Assembly: GCF_004010195.1 (NCBI RefSeq)
Contig: NC_057750.1
Coordinates: 1,449,218-1,495,395, forward strand
DNA length: 46,178 bases
Direction of reading: 5' to 3'
Source of the DNA: Chiloscyllium plagiosum
Lineage: Eukaryota
The notes under the pieces were generated by a model. The model was not told where the DNA came from. It saw only the letters and a program-made list of their open reading frames with translations, and did no database searches. The position numbers and the translations under genes are program-made. This document shows, one piece after another, positions 34,755-46,054 of this stretch (position 1 is its first letter; every line of letters begins with the position of its first letter).

Positions 34755-35166
34755 ATTAGATTCCCTACAGTGTGGAAATAGGCCTTTTGGCCCAACCAGT
34801 ACACACTGACCCTCTGAAGAGTAACCCACCCAGACCCATTTCCCCCTAACATTATGGGCAATTTAGCAGGCCCATTCACCTGACCTGCTCATCTTTGGAC
34901 TGTGGGACCCTACAGTGTGGAAATAGGCCTTTTGGCCCAACCAGTCCACACTGACCCTCCGAAGAGTAACCCACCCAGACCCATTTCCCCCTAACATTAT
35001 GGGCAATTTAGCAGGCCCATTCACCTGACCTGCTCATCTTTGGACTGTGGGAGGAAACCGGAGCAGCCAGAGGAAACCCACACAGACACGGGGAGAACGT
35101 GCAAACTTCACATAGACTCTGGCACTGTGAGGCAGCATTGCTGACCACTGAGCCAACGTGCCACCC
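34755..35166 (-). mobile_element. HE1-type V-SINE with a 145-bp internal tandem duplication
   Basis: 34763-34907 is repeated at 34908-35052 with 2 substitutions. Confidence 0.9.
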
Positions 35167-35660
35167 CAAAAGGCTGGCATGTTTTTCACTGGAGCATGGG
35201 AGACTGAGGGGCAACCTTATTAAGGTTTGTAAAATCATGAGGGGATGGATAAGGTGATAAGCAAATGTCTTTTCCCCTGCATAGGGAAGTTCAAAACTCG
35301 GGGGTATATTTTTAAGGTGAGAAGAGAAAGATTTAAAAAGGACGTAAGGGTTAACCTTTTTACACAGAAAGTGGTTCATGTGTGGAATGAACTGCCAAAG
35401 AAAGTGGTGGATGTGGGTTCAGTTACAATGTTTAAAGGACATTTGGATAAGTCCATGAATAGGAAAAGTTTGGAGGTTTATGGGCCAGGAGCAGGCAGCT
35501 GGGACTAGTTTGGTTTGGCAGCATGGTCGGTGTGAACAGGTTGGACTAAAGGGCCTGTTCCCATGCTGTATAACGCCATGACTCTCTATGACTCCATGTT
35601 AAACAATCACCAGATAAATTTGCAACGCACCCTCTGTTAAACATCAGAAAGAGTGAGCAA

Positions 35661-36000
35661 AATTGCATTTATATGGCACCTCTAACCTCCTTAGAAGATT
35701 CCAAAGTGCCTCAGAGCCAATAAATCACAGTTGTGATCGTGTTCTTGTTTGATAGTGCAGTGTGGCAGCATATGTGAACAGCAGGATCCCACAAACAACG
35801 TTTCAGTATTTTTAGCACTTTAAGGGCAAATTATGAACAATCCTCCCACGCTATGTTTTAAAGAGTAATTCCTGATCGTTTCCACCCATTGCAATAGGCA
35901 GTTAGGACTTGGGTTTAACATCTCTTGGAGAAAGATGCTCCCTCCAACACCTCCTCAGCACTGGACAGTCAGCCCAGGCCATGTCCAGGAGTGGCTCAGA
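35661..36000 (-). mobile_element. Old Deu-domain SINE
   Basis: 'ttgcatttatatggcacct...ccaaagtgcctcagagccaat...cagcaggatcccacaaacaac' is the reverse of the 11790-12480 family. Confidence 0.55.
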
Positions 36001-36123
36001 CCATTCATCTCCTTACTACAGGTGAGACATGCTATGTGTGAAAAACACATTGAGGGAGAAGTCAGGCTCTTGCAGCCTAGAGGTAGCATCCCTACCTCTG
36101 GACCAGGCAATCCAGGTTTAAGG

Positions 36124-36222
36124 TCTAGATTTGAGTGTGCTGGAAAAGCACAGCAGGCCAGGCAGCATCCAAGGAGCAGGAAAATCGACATTTCGGGCAA
36201 AATCCCTTCATCAGGAATGCAT
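36124..36222 (-). mobile_element. PLE end with hammerhead core, nested in a tRNA-like SINE head (~36063-36290)
   Basis: Minus attc-CTGATGA-A-GGGA(TTTT)GCCC-GAAA-TGTC-gatt; caggtt flanks on both sides. Confidence 0.75.
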
Positions 36223-37232
36223 TCAGGTTCATGTCCCATCTGCTCCATAGGTGTGTCAGAGCAAGCCTGAGCAGATTTGCTGACATGGTCATGGTCTTGT
36301 GCCAGTCTAAGAACACCAGGGCAGTTTAGATGCTGCGCGAGGGAGAAAGGTCAGATCAGCTGAAATAAAGAGGGTACAGAGAGTCTTGTGTGATAATGTA
36401 CACCAGCTTGGACCGAGGGGCCCATGTTTATACTGATTTTCTTCAGGAGAACATTGGCCGACTGAAATTAAAATGAATTCATGCTTTATGAATGATGTGG
36501 TTAAAAATAAACAAATAAGTTTTGCTTTAAAGGTTTGCCTTATAAGGGGGAGGCAGATGGTGCAAAGACTTGTACATTTGTGAGAGCCAAAAAAGAAATG
36601 GAAGATTTTAACTTCTCTCTGCAGCTGAAATTGTCAAATTGGACCGTTGGTTTCACTAAACAAAGTTGTTTCTGCACAAAATCCGTGTCGAGAAGAATTT
36701 GATGTGTAATTCAAAATCTTTTATCGCTTCTGACACGCAATAAATTATTTTGCTACAGTGCACAGACACTGATCTAATTAATTTGCAGGTACCTGCCCCT
36801 GAAGGGAGAATAGCTCACAAACAACAGCGAGATGTGATTGACTCGCTTTCGGTTGGTGCCATTGCTTAGCTTTCTGTGATGTTTCCTTCCAGTCTCTGCA
36901 CTGCGGGATTCCTGTGTACTAGACAAATGATGCACTAGCTCCTGCTCCACCTCCAAAATAAACATGACAAGTGGACTCAGAACCTGACAATAGATAGGGA
37001 CAGCCTCAGCAGAAATGTGTTCTCATGTCAGGCTCTAGCAAGGGTCTTTAGCCCTCAGAGATCATTGTGCAGTGGTGTCATTCTATCTTACAGAAATATA
37101 GATCTTTGTTCATTCCTAATATCAGTTGCCTTGTAGTTTCGTTAATTGGGAAGGACACTCATGCTGAAATCTAGCCTCAGCGACAAAGCCCACGTGCATG
37201 CTAAAACTCTCCACAGTGCTGCTCTCTGACAC

Positions 37233-37234
<2 letters not shown>

Positions 37235-37267
<33 letters not shown>
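37235..37267. repeat. (CT)n microsatellite
   Basis: Direct inspection. Confidence 0.95.
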
Positions 37268-37270
<3 letters not shown>

Positions 37271-37817
37271 CTCCCATCCTCCATTCCTCTTGTAGGTGCA
37301 ACTTCAAGCAGAAAAGTTAAATTCAGCTTGTGACTTTAACATCTTTGGTCATCTTTACGCAGGAAGCTGACGATTGAGGATTGAAATGGGTGTTTTTTTG
37401 GCAGAAATATACTGCTTTTATGAATTATCTATGAGCACGTGTCAAAACAGCTCACTACAGGACATGACAGAAAATACAACGGAAGTGTAATATTTCTTGA
37501 GTGTTTGCTCTCCTAGGGGCCTCAACCCAAAACGTGGAACATTTCCAAAACATGACAAGAAACTATTTGCACTTGAATTCAAGTGACAAAGAGTTCTGTC
37601 AAAGCTAATGGATCCATAGACGAGCAATGGCACTGGGTTGGTTGAATGGCTGGTTTGCTTAATGGGTTTCCAGGGAGAGAATGGATGAAGGGTGATGATG
37701 AGAAGGGAGACAAATAGTTAAAAATTTTATGAGGGATAGTTGGGTAGGTTAGAGAGAGGGGCCATGGAGAACATCATGGGATGGAGGAAAGTGGATGATA
37801 AAGGGAGCAAGTGGGAT

Positions 37818-38527
37818 TCATAGGATCCCTACAGTGTGGAAGCAGGCCATTCAGCCCATTATATGCACACCAATCCTCCAAAGAGCATCCCATCCAGACC
37901 CAACCTCCACTCTATCCCTCTAACTCTGCAGTCCCATGGCTAATCCACCTAACCTGTACATCCCTGGACACTAAGGGCAACTTAGCATGACAAATCCACC
38001 CTAACCTACCCATAGAGTTAGAGAGATGTACAGCATGGAAACAGACCTTTGGCCCAATTCATCAATGCTGACCAGATATCATAAATTAATTTAGTTTCAT
38101 TTGCCAGCATTTGTCCCATATCCCTCTAAACCCTTCCTAGTCCTATACCCATCCAGATGCCTCTTAAATTTTGTAATTGTACCAGCCTCCACAACTTCCT
38201 CTGGCAGAGCCTCATTCTATACACACACCACTCACATCATAGAATCCCTGCAGTGTGAAACAGACCCTTCAGCCCAACAAGTCCACACCGACCCTCCGAA
38301 GAGTAACCCACCCAGACCCATTTCCCTCTGACTAATGCACCGAACACTATAGGTAATTTAGGATGGCCAATCCACCCCAACCTGCACATCTTTGGATTGT
38401 GGAAGGAAACCCACACAGACACTGGGAGAATGTGCAAACTCCACACAGACAGTCACCCAAGGCTGGAATCGAACCTGAGACCCTGGCGTTATGATGCAGC
38501 AGGGCTAACCACTGAGCCACCATGCCA
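37818..38527 (-). mobile_element. HE1 SINE 3' part (37818-38010), CR1 tail (38010-38235), full HE1 SINE (38237-38527)
   Basis: Reverse tails 'ccctacagtgtggaa' and 'gagatgtacagcatggaaacagac'; reverse A box 'ctaaccactgagccac'. Confidence 0.82.
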
Positions 38528-39490
38528 ACCTAAAACATATTCATGTATTTGGCCAGGTGCTTCTTGAATGCTGCAGCGCATTCCAGGCACTCACCAGCAT
38601 TTGTGTGAAAAACCTGCCTCACACATCTTATTTAAATATCCCCCTCGCAACTTGAACCTGTCTCCCTCAGTAATTGACCCCACTTCACGCGATATCAATT
38701 CTTCCTCCTCATACAGATTTCTGTATTCACGATTCCTAAACATTGAACCTTTGAGCAATTTAACTGGGTGGCGCTATATGTGAGAGATTAACTTTGATTT
38801 CCAGAATACATGTTGACATAGGAATTCATACTGAACTAAGTTGACAGCAATGATACACCAAAGATTTTTTTTACTATATCTCCCATTATGTCAACACTAT
38901 ATTGAATCTAGGGCTTTCTTTGCCCTCTAGGTAAATAGAAACACTGTTTTAAAATCATTTTCTGCCTGATAAAAATTGGTTAGAAGTGAATTCTGTGTAT
39001 TTGTTTGCAAGACCATTGGAGACTATCATTGTGCTGAGCTCTTTATGGTCATAAAGAGGGCGTAGTGAGGGAAACAGAGTGCCGAAATGGGGAGGGGAGG
39101 TTTGGGTTGTATGTTTGTATTCACCAATTTCCTGAAAAACAGTCTTCTTTTTACTATGTAAATTAAATATGTCCCGTTCTCTCATTACAGACAGGCAGCT
39201 GGTGGTGAGCTGAACTTGGGGGTCACCACCCCTCAGGTAAGGGACAAGGTTAAGAAAGTGGGACCCACATGGTCCCCTCAATCAGTGGCTAGCATTGAAC
39301 CTACACCGTTGGCATTTTGTAGGGAATTGGTGAATTGCAAATAAAGGACCCAAACCTTAAACAGCCACTTTATCACTCCATTTCTCTCACCATTCATTCT
39401 TTCACCTATCTCACACTCCTGTGTACTCACCCTTCATTCATATCTTTCAGTTTTGGAACAGTGGCTCAGTGGTTAGCACTACTGCCTCAT

Positions 39491-40526
39491 AGTTTTGTGA
39501 AGGGCAGGTCATGCCTCACAAACCTTATTGAATTCTTTGAGAAGGTGACTAAGGAGGTGGACGAGGGGAAAGCGGTAGATGTGGTGTATATGGATTTTAG
39601 TAAGGCATTTGATAAGGTTCCCCATGGTAGACTACTGCAAAAAACAGTATGGCATTGAGGGTGAGTTGGAGGTTTGGATTAGGAATTGGCTGGCTGGAAG
39701 AAGACAGAGGGTAGTAATTGATGGCAAAGGTTCATCTTGGAGTGCAGTTACTAGCGGTGTTCCGCAAGGATCTGTTTTGGGACCATTGCTGTTTGTCATT
39801 TTTATAAATGACCTGGAAGAGGGGTTAGAAGGTTGGGTGAGAAAGTTTGCGGATGATACGAAAGTCGGAGGAGTTGGTGACAGTGAGGAAGGATGTGGCA
39901 GGTTACAGCAGGATATAGAAAAGCTGCAGAGCTGGGCAGAAAGGTGGCAAATGGAATGCAATGTAGCTAAGTGTGAGGTGATTCACTTTAGTAAGAGNNN
40001 NNNNNNNNNNNNNNNNNNNNNNNNNNNNNNNNNNNNNNNNNNNNNNNNNNNNNNNNNNNNNNNNNNNNNNNNNNNNNNNNNNNNNNNNNNNNNNNNNNNN
40101 NNNNNNNNNNNNNNNNNNNNNNNNNNNNNNNNNNNNNNNNNNNNNNNNNNNNNNNNNNNNNNNNNNNNNNNNNNNNNNNNNNNNNNNNNNNNNNNNNNNN
40201 NNNNNNNNNNNNNNNNNNNNNNNNNNNNNNNNNNNNNNNNNNNNNNNNNNNNNNNNNNNNNNNNNNNNNNNNNNNNNNNNNGAAGTTTTTGTTGCAAAAG
40301 TTCCGTCCCCTGGCTAGGCGACATCGTCAGTGCTTGGGAGCCTCCTGCGAAGCGCTTCTTTGATGTTTCCTCCGGTGTTTACAGTGGTCTGTCCCTCCCT
40401 ATCCGGGCATTGGATAGGCTTATGGTGGTTAGTGGGCTAGTGTAGGTTAGGTGGGCTTGGATCGGCGCAACATCGAGGGCCGAAGGGCCTGTACTGCGCT
40501 GTATTCTTCTATGTTCTATGTTCTAT
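39491..40526 (+). mobile_element. 5'-truncated CR1 (RT), spanning a gap
   Basis: FVKGRSCLTNLIEFFEKVT...YMDFSKAFDKVPH, SGVPQGSVLGPLLFVIFINDL, KFADDTKVGG; tail (ttctatg)n. Confidence 0.92.
40282..40398 (-). mobile_element. Penelope pLTR fragment with hammerhead-like core
   Basis: Minus ca-CTGACGA-T-GTCGCC(TAGCCA)GGGGAC-GGAA-CTTT-tg. Confidence 0.6.
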
Positions 40527-40856
40527 AACACCAGGGTCCTGGGTTTGATTCCAGGTTTGGGTGACTGTCTGTGTGGAGTTTGCACATTCTCCCCGTGTCT
40601 GCGTGGGTTTCCTCTGGATGCTCTGGTTTCCTCCCACAGTCCAAAGATGTGCAGGTCAGGTGAATTGGCCATGCTAATTTGTCCATAATGTTCAGAGATG
40701 TGTAGGTCGGGGGTAAATGTAGAGTAATGTAGTAGGCGAATGGGTCAGGGTGGGTGAGTCTTTGGAAGGTTGGTGTGGACTTGTTTGGGCCGAAGGGCCT
40801 GTCCCTATGCTGTAGGGAATCTAATCTAATCTAGAGAATAGAGGGATAAGGATCCC

Positions 40857-42055
40857 ATTTTTTGAGAATGGTACCAAACAGGTGGATGAGGGTAAAACAG
40901 TTGATGTGGTGTATATGGATTTCAGTAAGGTGTTTGATAAGGGTCCCATGGTAGGCTATTACAAAAATACAGAGGCATGGAATTGAGGGTGATTTAGAGG
41001 TTTGGATCAGAAATTGGCTAGCTGAAAGAAGAGAGAGGGTGGTGGTTGATGGGAAATGTTCATCCTGGAGTTCAGTTACTAGTGATGTACCGCAAGGATC
41101 TGTTTTGGGTCCACCGCTGTTTGTAATTTTTAAAAATGACCTGGATGAGGGCATAGAAGGATGGGTTAGTAAATTTGCGGACAACACGAAGGTCCATAGA
41201 GTTGTGGATAGTGCCAAAGGATGTTACAGAGGGACATAGATAAGCTGAAGAGCTGGGCTGAGAGGTGGCAAATGGAGTTTAATGCGGAAAAGTGTGAGGT
41301 GATACATTTTGGAAGGAGTAACAGGAATAAAGAGTTCTGGCTAATGGTAAGATTCTTGGTAGTGTAGATGAGCAGAGAGATCTCGGTGTCCAGGTACATA
41401 GATCCCTGAAAGTTGCCACCCAGGTTGATAGGGCTGTTAAGAAGGCATACAGTGTGTTCGCTTTTATTGGTAGAGGGACTGAGTTTCACAACCATGAGGT
41501 CATGCTGCAGCAGGTCTGACCGCACTTGGAGTATTGCATACAGTTCTGGTCACTGCCTTATAGGAAGGATTTGGAAGCTTTGGAAAAGGTTCAGAGGAGA
41601 TTTACAGGATGTTGCCTGGTATGGAGGGAAGGTCTTATGAGGAAAGGCTGCAGGACATGAAGCTGTTTTCATTAGAGAGAAAAAGATTGAGAGGTGACCT
41701 AATTGAGCCATATAAGCTAATCAGAGGGTTAGATAGGGTGGATGGTGAGAGTCTATTTCCTCGGATGGTGATGGCTAGGACAAGGCGACATAGCTTTAAA
41801 TTGAGGGGTGATAGATATAGGACAGATGTCAGAGGTAGCTTCTTTACTCAGAGAGTAGTCGGGGTGTGGAACATCCTGCCTGCAACAGTAGTAGACTCGT
41901 CAACTTTAAGGGCATTTAAATGGTCATTGGATAAACATATGGATGAGAATGGAATAGTGTAGGTTAGATGGGCTTCAGATTGGTTCCACAGGTCGGTGCA
42001 ACATCAAGGGCTGAAGGGCCTGTACTGTGCTGTAATGTTCTTTTTCTATGTCTAT
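40857..42055 (+). mobile_element. 5'-truncated CR1 (RT C-terminal half + tail)
   Basis: DVPQGSVLGPPLFVIFKNDL, SKFADNTK, RLRGDLIEPYKLIRGLD, FFTQRVVGVWNILP. Confidence 0.92.
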
Positions 42056-42302
42056 GATCCTGTTAGTGAAGGCAGTTTTAGTATGGAAGGGCAAAATGTG
42101 TCAGCAGAGATTAGAGGGCTGAAGGGCCTATTGCTGTGCTATATGGTTCTTTGTTCTAAACAGAATCAGATCATGTGATTATTGATACTGAGGTAATAAA
42201 TGTACACTCGGTGATGTCAATGGGCTTTTACAAGCTTATGGTGGATGGTGAGTCGGTTGGAGTGAGGGATGAGGGAGATATTGAAGTGAGGTTGAAGGAT
42301 AT

Positions 42303-42940
42303 TGTGATGATGCTATGGCTTTAAGAAATGTATTTTGTTCTATTTTTGAGAGGCTTTAAGACAACAGAAAAGAGCAGTCTACCAGAGCCAACAGCTTGTG
42401 AGGCCTTGGGGGTTTTTGGAACAATAGAAGCAGCCTGACTGGGTGTGGCCAGCTCTCATGGACCAGGATTTATAGATTTTGTTAGTTTTCAGGTTTTGCT
42501 TTCAGCAGTTGTTGTTGTGGGCTTGAAGAAGTGAATGTTATTTATTCCCTCTCTCAGTTATAGCCAAAAACCGGGAGTTGTCTTCCTCGGCTGCTAGCTC
42601 ACATCTGAGACCAAATCTGTTTTTCTGAATTTGCCTTTTTGTCAAAGGATGTTTACAGGATGTCACTATATTGGAACACTTAATTAGTGATAGTTATTGT
42701 ATCTATTATTCTGTTATGTTTCCAATAGATTTAAGTTAATCTTCTTTGTTTGTATTTTAACTGCAGTGTTTGAATAAATTGTGTTGCATTCAATGTTGAG
42801 TAGTTTGACCAGTCACATTGCATCTGCAACATGGCACATTACATCTGTCTTTAAAATAAGAAGAGGTCAGGGTTGAGGCTACATTCTTAAAATATTTTGA
42901 GGAGGGTCTGGTCTGGTCTGGTCTGGTCTGGTCTGTAACA
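42303..42940 (+). mobile_element. Solo LTR (638 bp) with 4-bp TSD
   Basis: TGT...ACA termini; ATAT at 42299-42302 and 42941-42944; AATAAA at ~42773; (gtctg)n near the 3' end. Confidence 0.85.
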
Positions 42941-43202
42941 ATATCATGAGATGGAGGAAAGTGGGTGATAATGCAAGTGAGTGGGACTGCGGGATACAAG
43001 TGGATGGTGAGCAGACACAAGCGAGGGATAGGTGAAAGATTGGGAGAAATAGAGTAACAAAGTGTGTGTTTGAGGTTTGGGTCCTTTAGTTGGATTCACC
43101 AATTTCCTTAAAAAATGGTCTCCTTTTTCAAGATTTGAAAAGTGACTTCGTCTGGGAGTTCGGAGGCCAGGTAAGTAACTCCTTGTCTGTCAGAATGGAC
43201 AA

Positions 43203-43420
43203 TGACGTGGAGGTGTCAGTGTCGACTAAGATGAACAAACTCAGAAGTCACATGACACCAGGCTATAGTCCAACAGGTTTATTTGAAACCACACGCCTTT
43301 GAAGCGCTGCCCTTTTGTCAGGTGGAGCTCTTTCACCCAACGAAGGGGCAGCTCTCCACAAGATTGTGATTTCAATAAATCTATTGGACTATAACCTGAT
43401 GTCATGTGACGTCTGAGTTT
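43203..43420. mobile_element. Self-inverted pLTR-only derivative of the 33471 Penelope family
   Basis: Left arm matches 33471-33591; right arm is its reverse complement ('...ttggactataacctgatgtcatgtgacgtctgagttt'). Confidence 0.82.
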
Positions 43421-44027
43421 AAATGGCTTACCCCTTCATTTGAAACAGTGGCCCCTGGTTCCAGATCCTCACACAAGAGGAAACGTTCTCTCCACATCCA
43501 CCCTCAGGACCTCACAAACTTCAACTGAAATGCTTCTAATTCTTAATCCCAGCGGATACAAGACTAGCCAAGCCAACGTTTCTTCACAAGATAACCGACC
43601 CATTGCAGGTATGACTCAATAAACCTTCTCCAAACTGCTTCTGATGGATTTTCAACTTGCCTTAGATAAGGATCATATTACTGTGCTCAGTACACCAGGT
43701 ACAGTCCCACCAGCTGCTTTATAATAGAAATATAACCTCCCTACTTTCCTATTCAATTGTCCTCAAAATAAACAATATATGTTTAGTTTTCTTAATTGCT
43801 TACCCTACCTCAATACTAATGCTTTGTGAGACATGCACTCGGGCACCCAGCCTCCTGCTCCAAGATGGTGGCACTGGAGGACACCCCAGCCAGAGCACCT
43901 CTGCTCCACTTGGTCTTTTTCTTTTTCTCTTCTTTTTTCTCTTTTCTTGAGCTTTTCTTTAACTTTTAACATTGAACTTATTGAAATTACTCTGAGAGAA
44001 ATGGAGGAAATGAGTCCTGGACTGGAG

Positions 44028-44178
44028 GCATAAGACATAGGAGTGGAAGTAAGGCCATTCGGCCCATCGAGTCCACTCCGCCATTCAATCATGGCTGATG
44101 GGCATTTCAACTCCACTTACCCGCATTCTCCCCGTAGCCCTTAATTCCTTGTAACATCAAGAATTTATCAATTTCTGC
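44028..44178 (-). mobile_element. Young CR1 3' tail
   Basis: Near-identical to 21141-21300; flanked by ctggag(g)cata. Confidence 0.85.
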
Positions 44179-44228
44179 CTGGAGCATAGTCCTTTGCGAA
44201 TTGGAGGCAAGACTTTGAGTTTTGAAGC

Positions 44229-44640
44229 CCGGTGTGGTCTGGAGACCGTGCCCTGTGCGGTCTGGAGCCTGGGCCTGGTGCGGTCTGGAGACTGGGCCCT
44301 GTGCAGTCTGGAGCCTGGGCCTGGTGCGGTCTGGAGCCTGGGCCTGGTGCAGTCTGGAGCCTGGTCCTGGTGTGGTCTGGAGACTGGGCCCAGTGTGGTC
44401 TGGAGACTGGGCCCAGTGTGGTCTAGAGACTGGGCCCAGTGTGGTCTGAAGACTGGGCCCGGAGCAGTCTGGAGCCTGGGCCCAGTGCGGTCTAGAGACT
44501 GGGCCTGGTGCAGTCTGGAGACTGGGCCTAGTGCAGTCTGGAGACTGGGCCTGGTGCAGTCTGGAAACTGGGCCTAGTGTGGTCTGGAGACTGGGCCTGG
44601 TGCAGTCTGGAAACTGGGCCTAGTGCAGTCTGGAGTCTGG
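44229..44640. repeat. 23-bp GC-rich minisatellite, ~18 units
   Basis: Unit CTGGAGACTGGGCCYRGTGYRGT. Confidence 0.95.
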
Positions 44641-45171
44641 GTGTTGCCATGGAGTTGAGGTAAAAGAACGAAAATCAGTTATTTTTTTTTCCTCTTTATT
44701 CTTATGCCAAATTTGCAATTTTGTACCAAATACTTAAGTATTTGTACCTTGGTATCCTTTACCTATGCTAGTGCCATAAGTGGAGACATTGCAAACGTTT
44801 CACTGCATTCATTCATCCCTCCCCATCTCAGAGTTGTGTAATCTCGCACCATTTGGATAATATACTTGCTTATTATTCTTCCTGTTAAAATTGACCATTT
44901 CATGTTTTCCCACAACCTGCTCTATTTGCCACACCTTTGTCCACTCACTTAACCCATCTGCATTTTTTGTCGTCTCTTTTGAGTCTTCTTTGCAATTATT
45001 TTCGCACCTCTCTTTGTGTCAGCTGCAAATGTATAAGTTTGATCATTTATACAAATGGCTGAGGTCCCACCTTGATGCCAGTAGCACATCACTCATTACA
45101 TCTTTCCAATCAGAAAACAAATTCTCATTTATGTACATTCCCTGTTTCCTGTCAGTTAACCAGAGGGTGCA

Positions 45172-45478
45172 TGTTGGCTCAGTGGTTAGCGCTGCTGCCT
45201 CACAGCACCAGGGACCTGGGTTTGATTCCATCTTCGGGTGACTGTCTGTGTGGAGTTCGCACATTCTCCACATATCAGCGTGGGTTTCCTCCCACAATCC
45301 AAAGGTGTGCAGGTTAGGGTGGATTGACCATGGGAAATTGCCCCATAGTGTCCAGAGATATGCAGGCTGGGTGGATTAGCCATGGGAAATACAGGGATAG
45401 GTAGGGAAGTGGGTCCTGGTTAGATGCTCTTCAGAGGGTCAGTGTGGACGCAATGGGCCAGCTGTCGGGATTCTATGA
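45172..45478 (+). mobile_element. HE1-type V-SINE, within/next to old minus-strand CR1 remnants (~44860-45160, ~45700-45940)
   Basis: A/B boxes, V-domain, tail 'gggattctatga'. Confidence 0.85.
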
Positions 45479-45950
45479 TGAGACTAATTTTCTATGCATG
45501 CTAATATGTTTCCCTGCACACCATGAGTATTTATTTTCCTTAATAATGCCTTCTGGAAGCTTGCACCCTTTAATATGTTACTTGCTCAAAAGACTCCAAT
45601 GAAGTAGTTCAACACTGATTTAGACTCTGTCTAAAGGTTTCTCAGTGCTCCAATATAATTTATTTTATAATAGCGACTAACATCTTTCCTATGCCAAATG
45701 TTAAGTTTACTTACGTGTAATTTTTGTCTCCGTCGCTATTTACCTAAAGGACTTTCATTCACCATCTTCCAATTAATGGAAATATCCCTGAATCTAGGAA
45801 ATTTCAGAAAATTAAAACAAAAGCATCAACTATCTCACTAATTCCTTTAAGACCACAGGATGAAGTTGGTTGGGTTTGAGGAACATGCCAGCACACAGCT
45901 GCAACAATTTGCTCAGTAACACTTCCCAAAGACTGTAACTATCTCCAGTT

Positions 45951-46053
45951 TGTAGCGATTATAACAAGTTCAGCCAGGTCTGAGTTCCCAGATTGGGGCT
46001 GTTGACCTGGTCCAATCAGGGAGCTCTGGCTGACAGATATAAACAGGAGTGTT
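45951..46053 (+). mobile_element. 5' half of the short LTR family, interrupted
   Basis: Aligns with 20677-20790 ('tgtagcgattataacaag...gattggggctgttgacctggtccaatcag...tataaacaggag'). Confidence 0.8.
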
Positions 46054-46054
46054 A

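Larger units (their letters stand above)
32490..35592 (+). mobile_element. Long decayed CR1 ORF2 (APE C-terminus to 3' tail), interrupted by a Penelope and an HE1 SINE
   Basis: VGEHIGTSDHNSISF (APE end), KREIRRTKRGYE..NPTRFCKYIKSK, DKPSGPDQVHPR, PENWRVANVMPLFKK, SKFVDDTKI, FTQKVVHVWNELP, tail 'atgactctctatgactc'. Confidence 0.9.
39455..40830 (+). mobile_element. HE1 V-SINE split between its A and B boxes by a CR1 insertion
   Basis: Head 'gtggctcagtggttagcactactgcctcata' at 39460-39489 resumes as 'acaccagggtcctgggtttgattcc' at ~40527; tail (aatct)n at 40830. Confidence 0.85.
43860..44815 (+). mobile_element. Putative non-autonomous retroposon containing a 23-bp tandem array, interrupted by a CR1 tail
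   Basis: Starts 'ccaagatggtggc', has a T-rich segment, ends 'ttttcactgcattcattcat'. Family not identified. Confidence 0.4.

Noticed and set aside
39579..40445. 288-aa longest ORF in the track
   Set aside because: A CR1 RT fragment artificially extended through 284 Ns.
44194..44577. Trp/Gly-rich repeat ORFs
   Set aside because: Read-through of the 23-bp VNTR.
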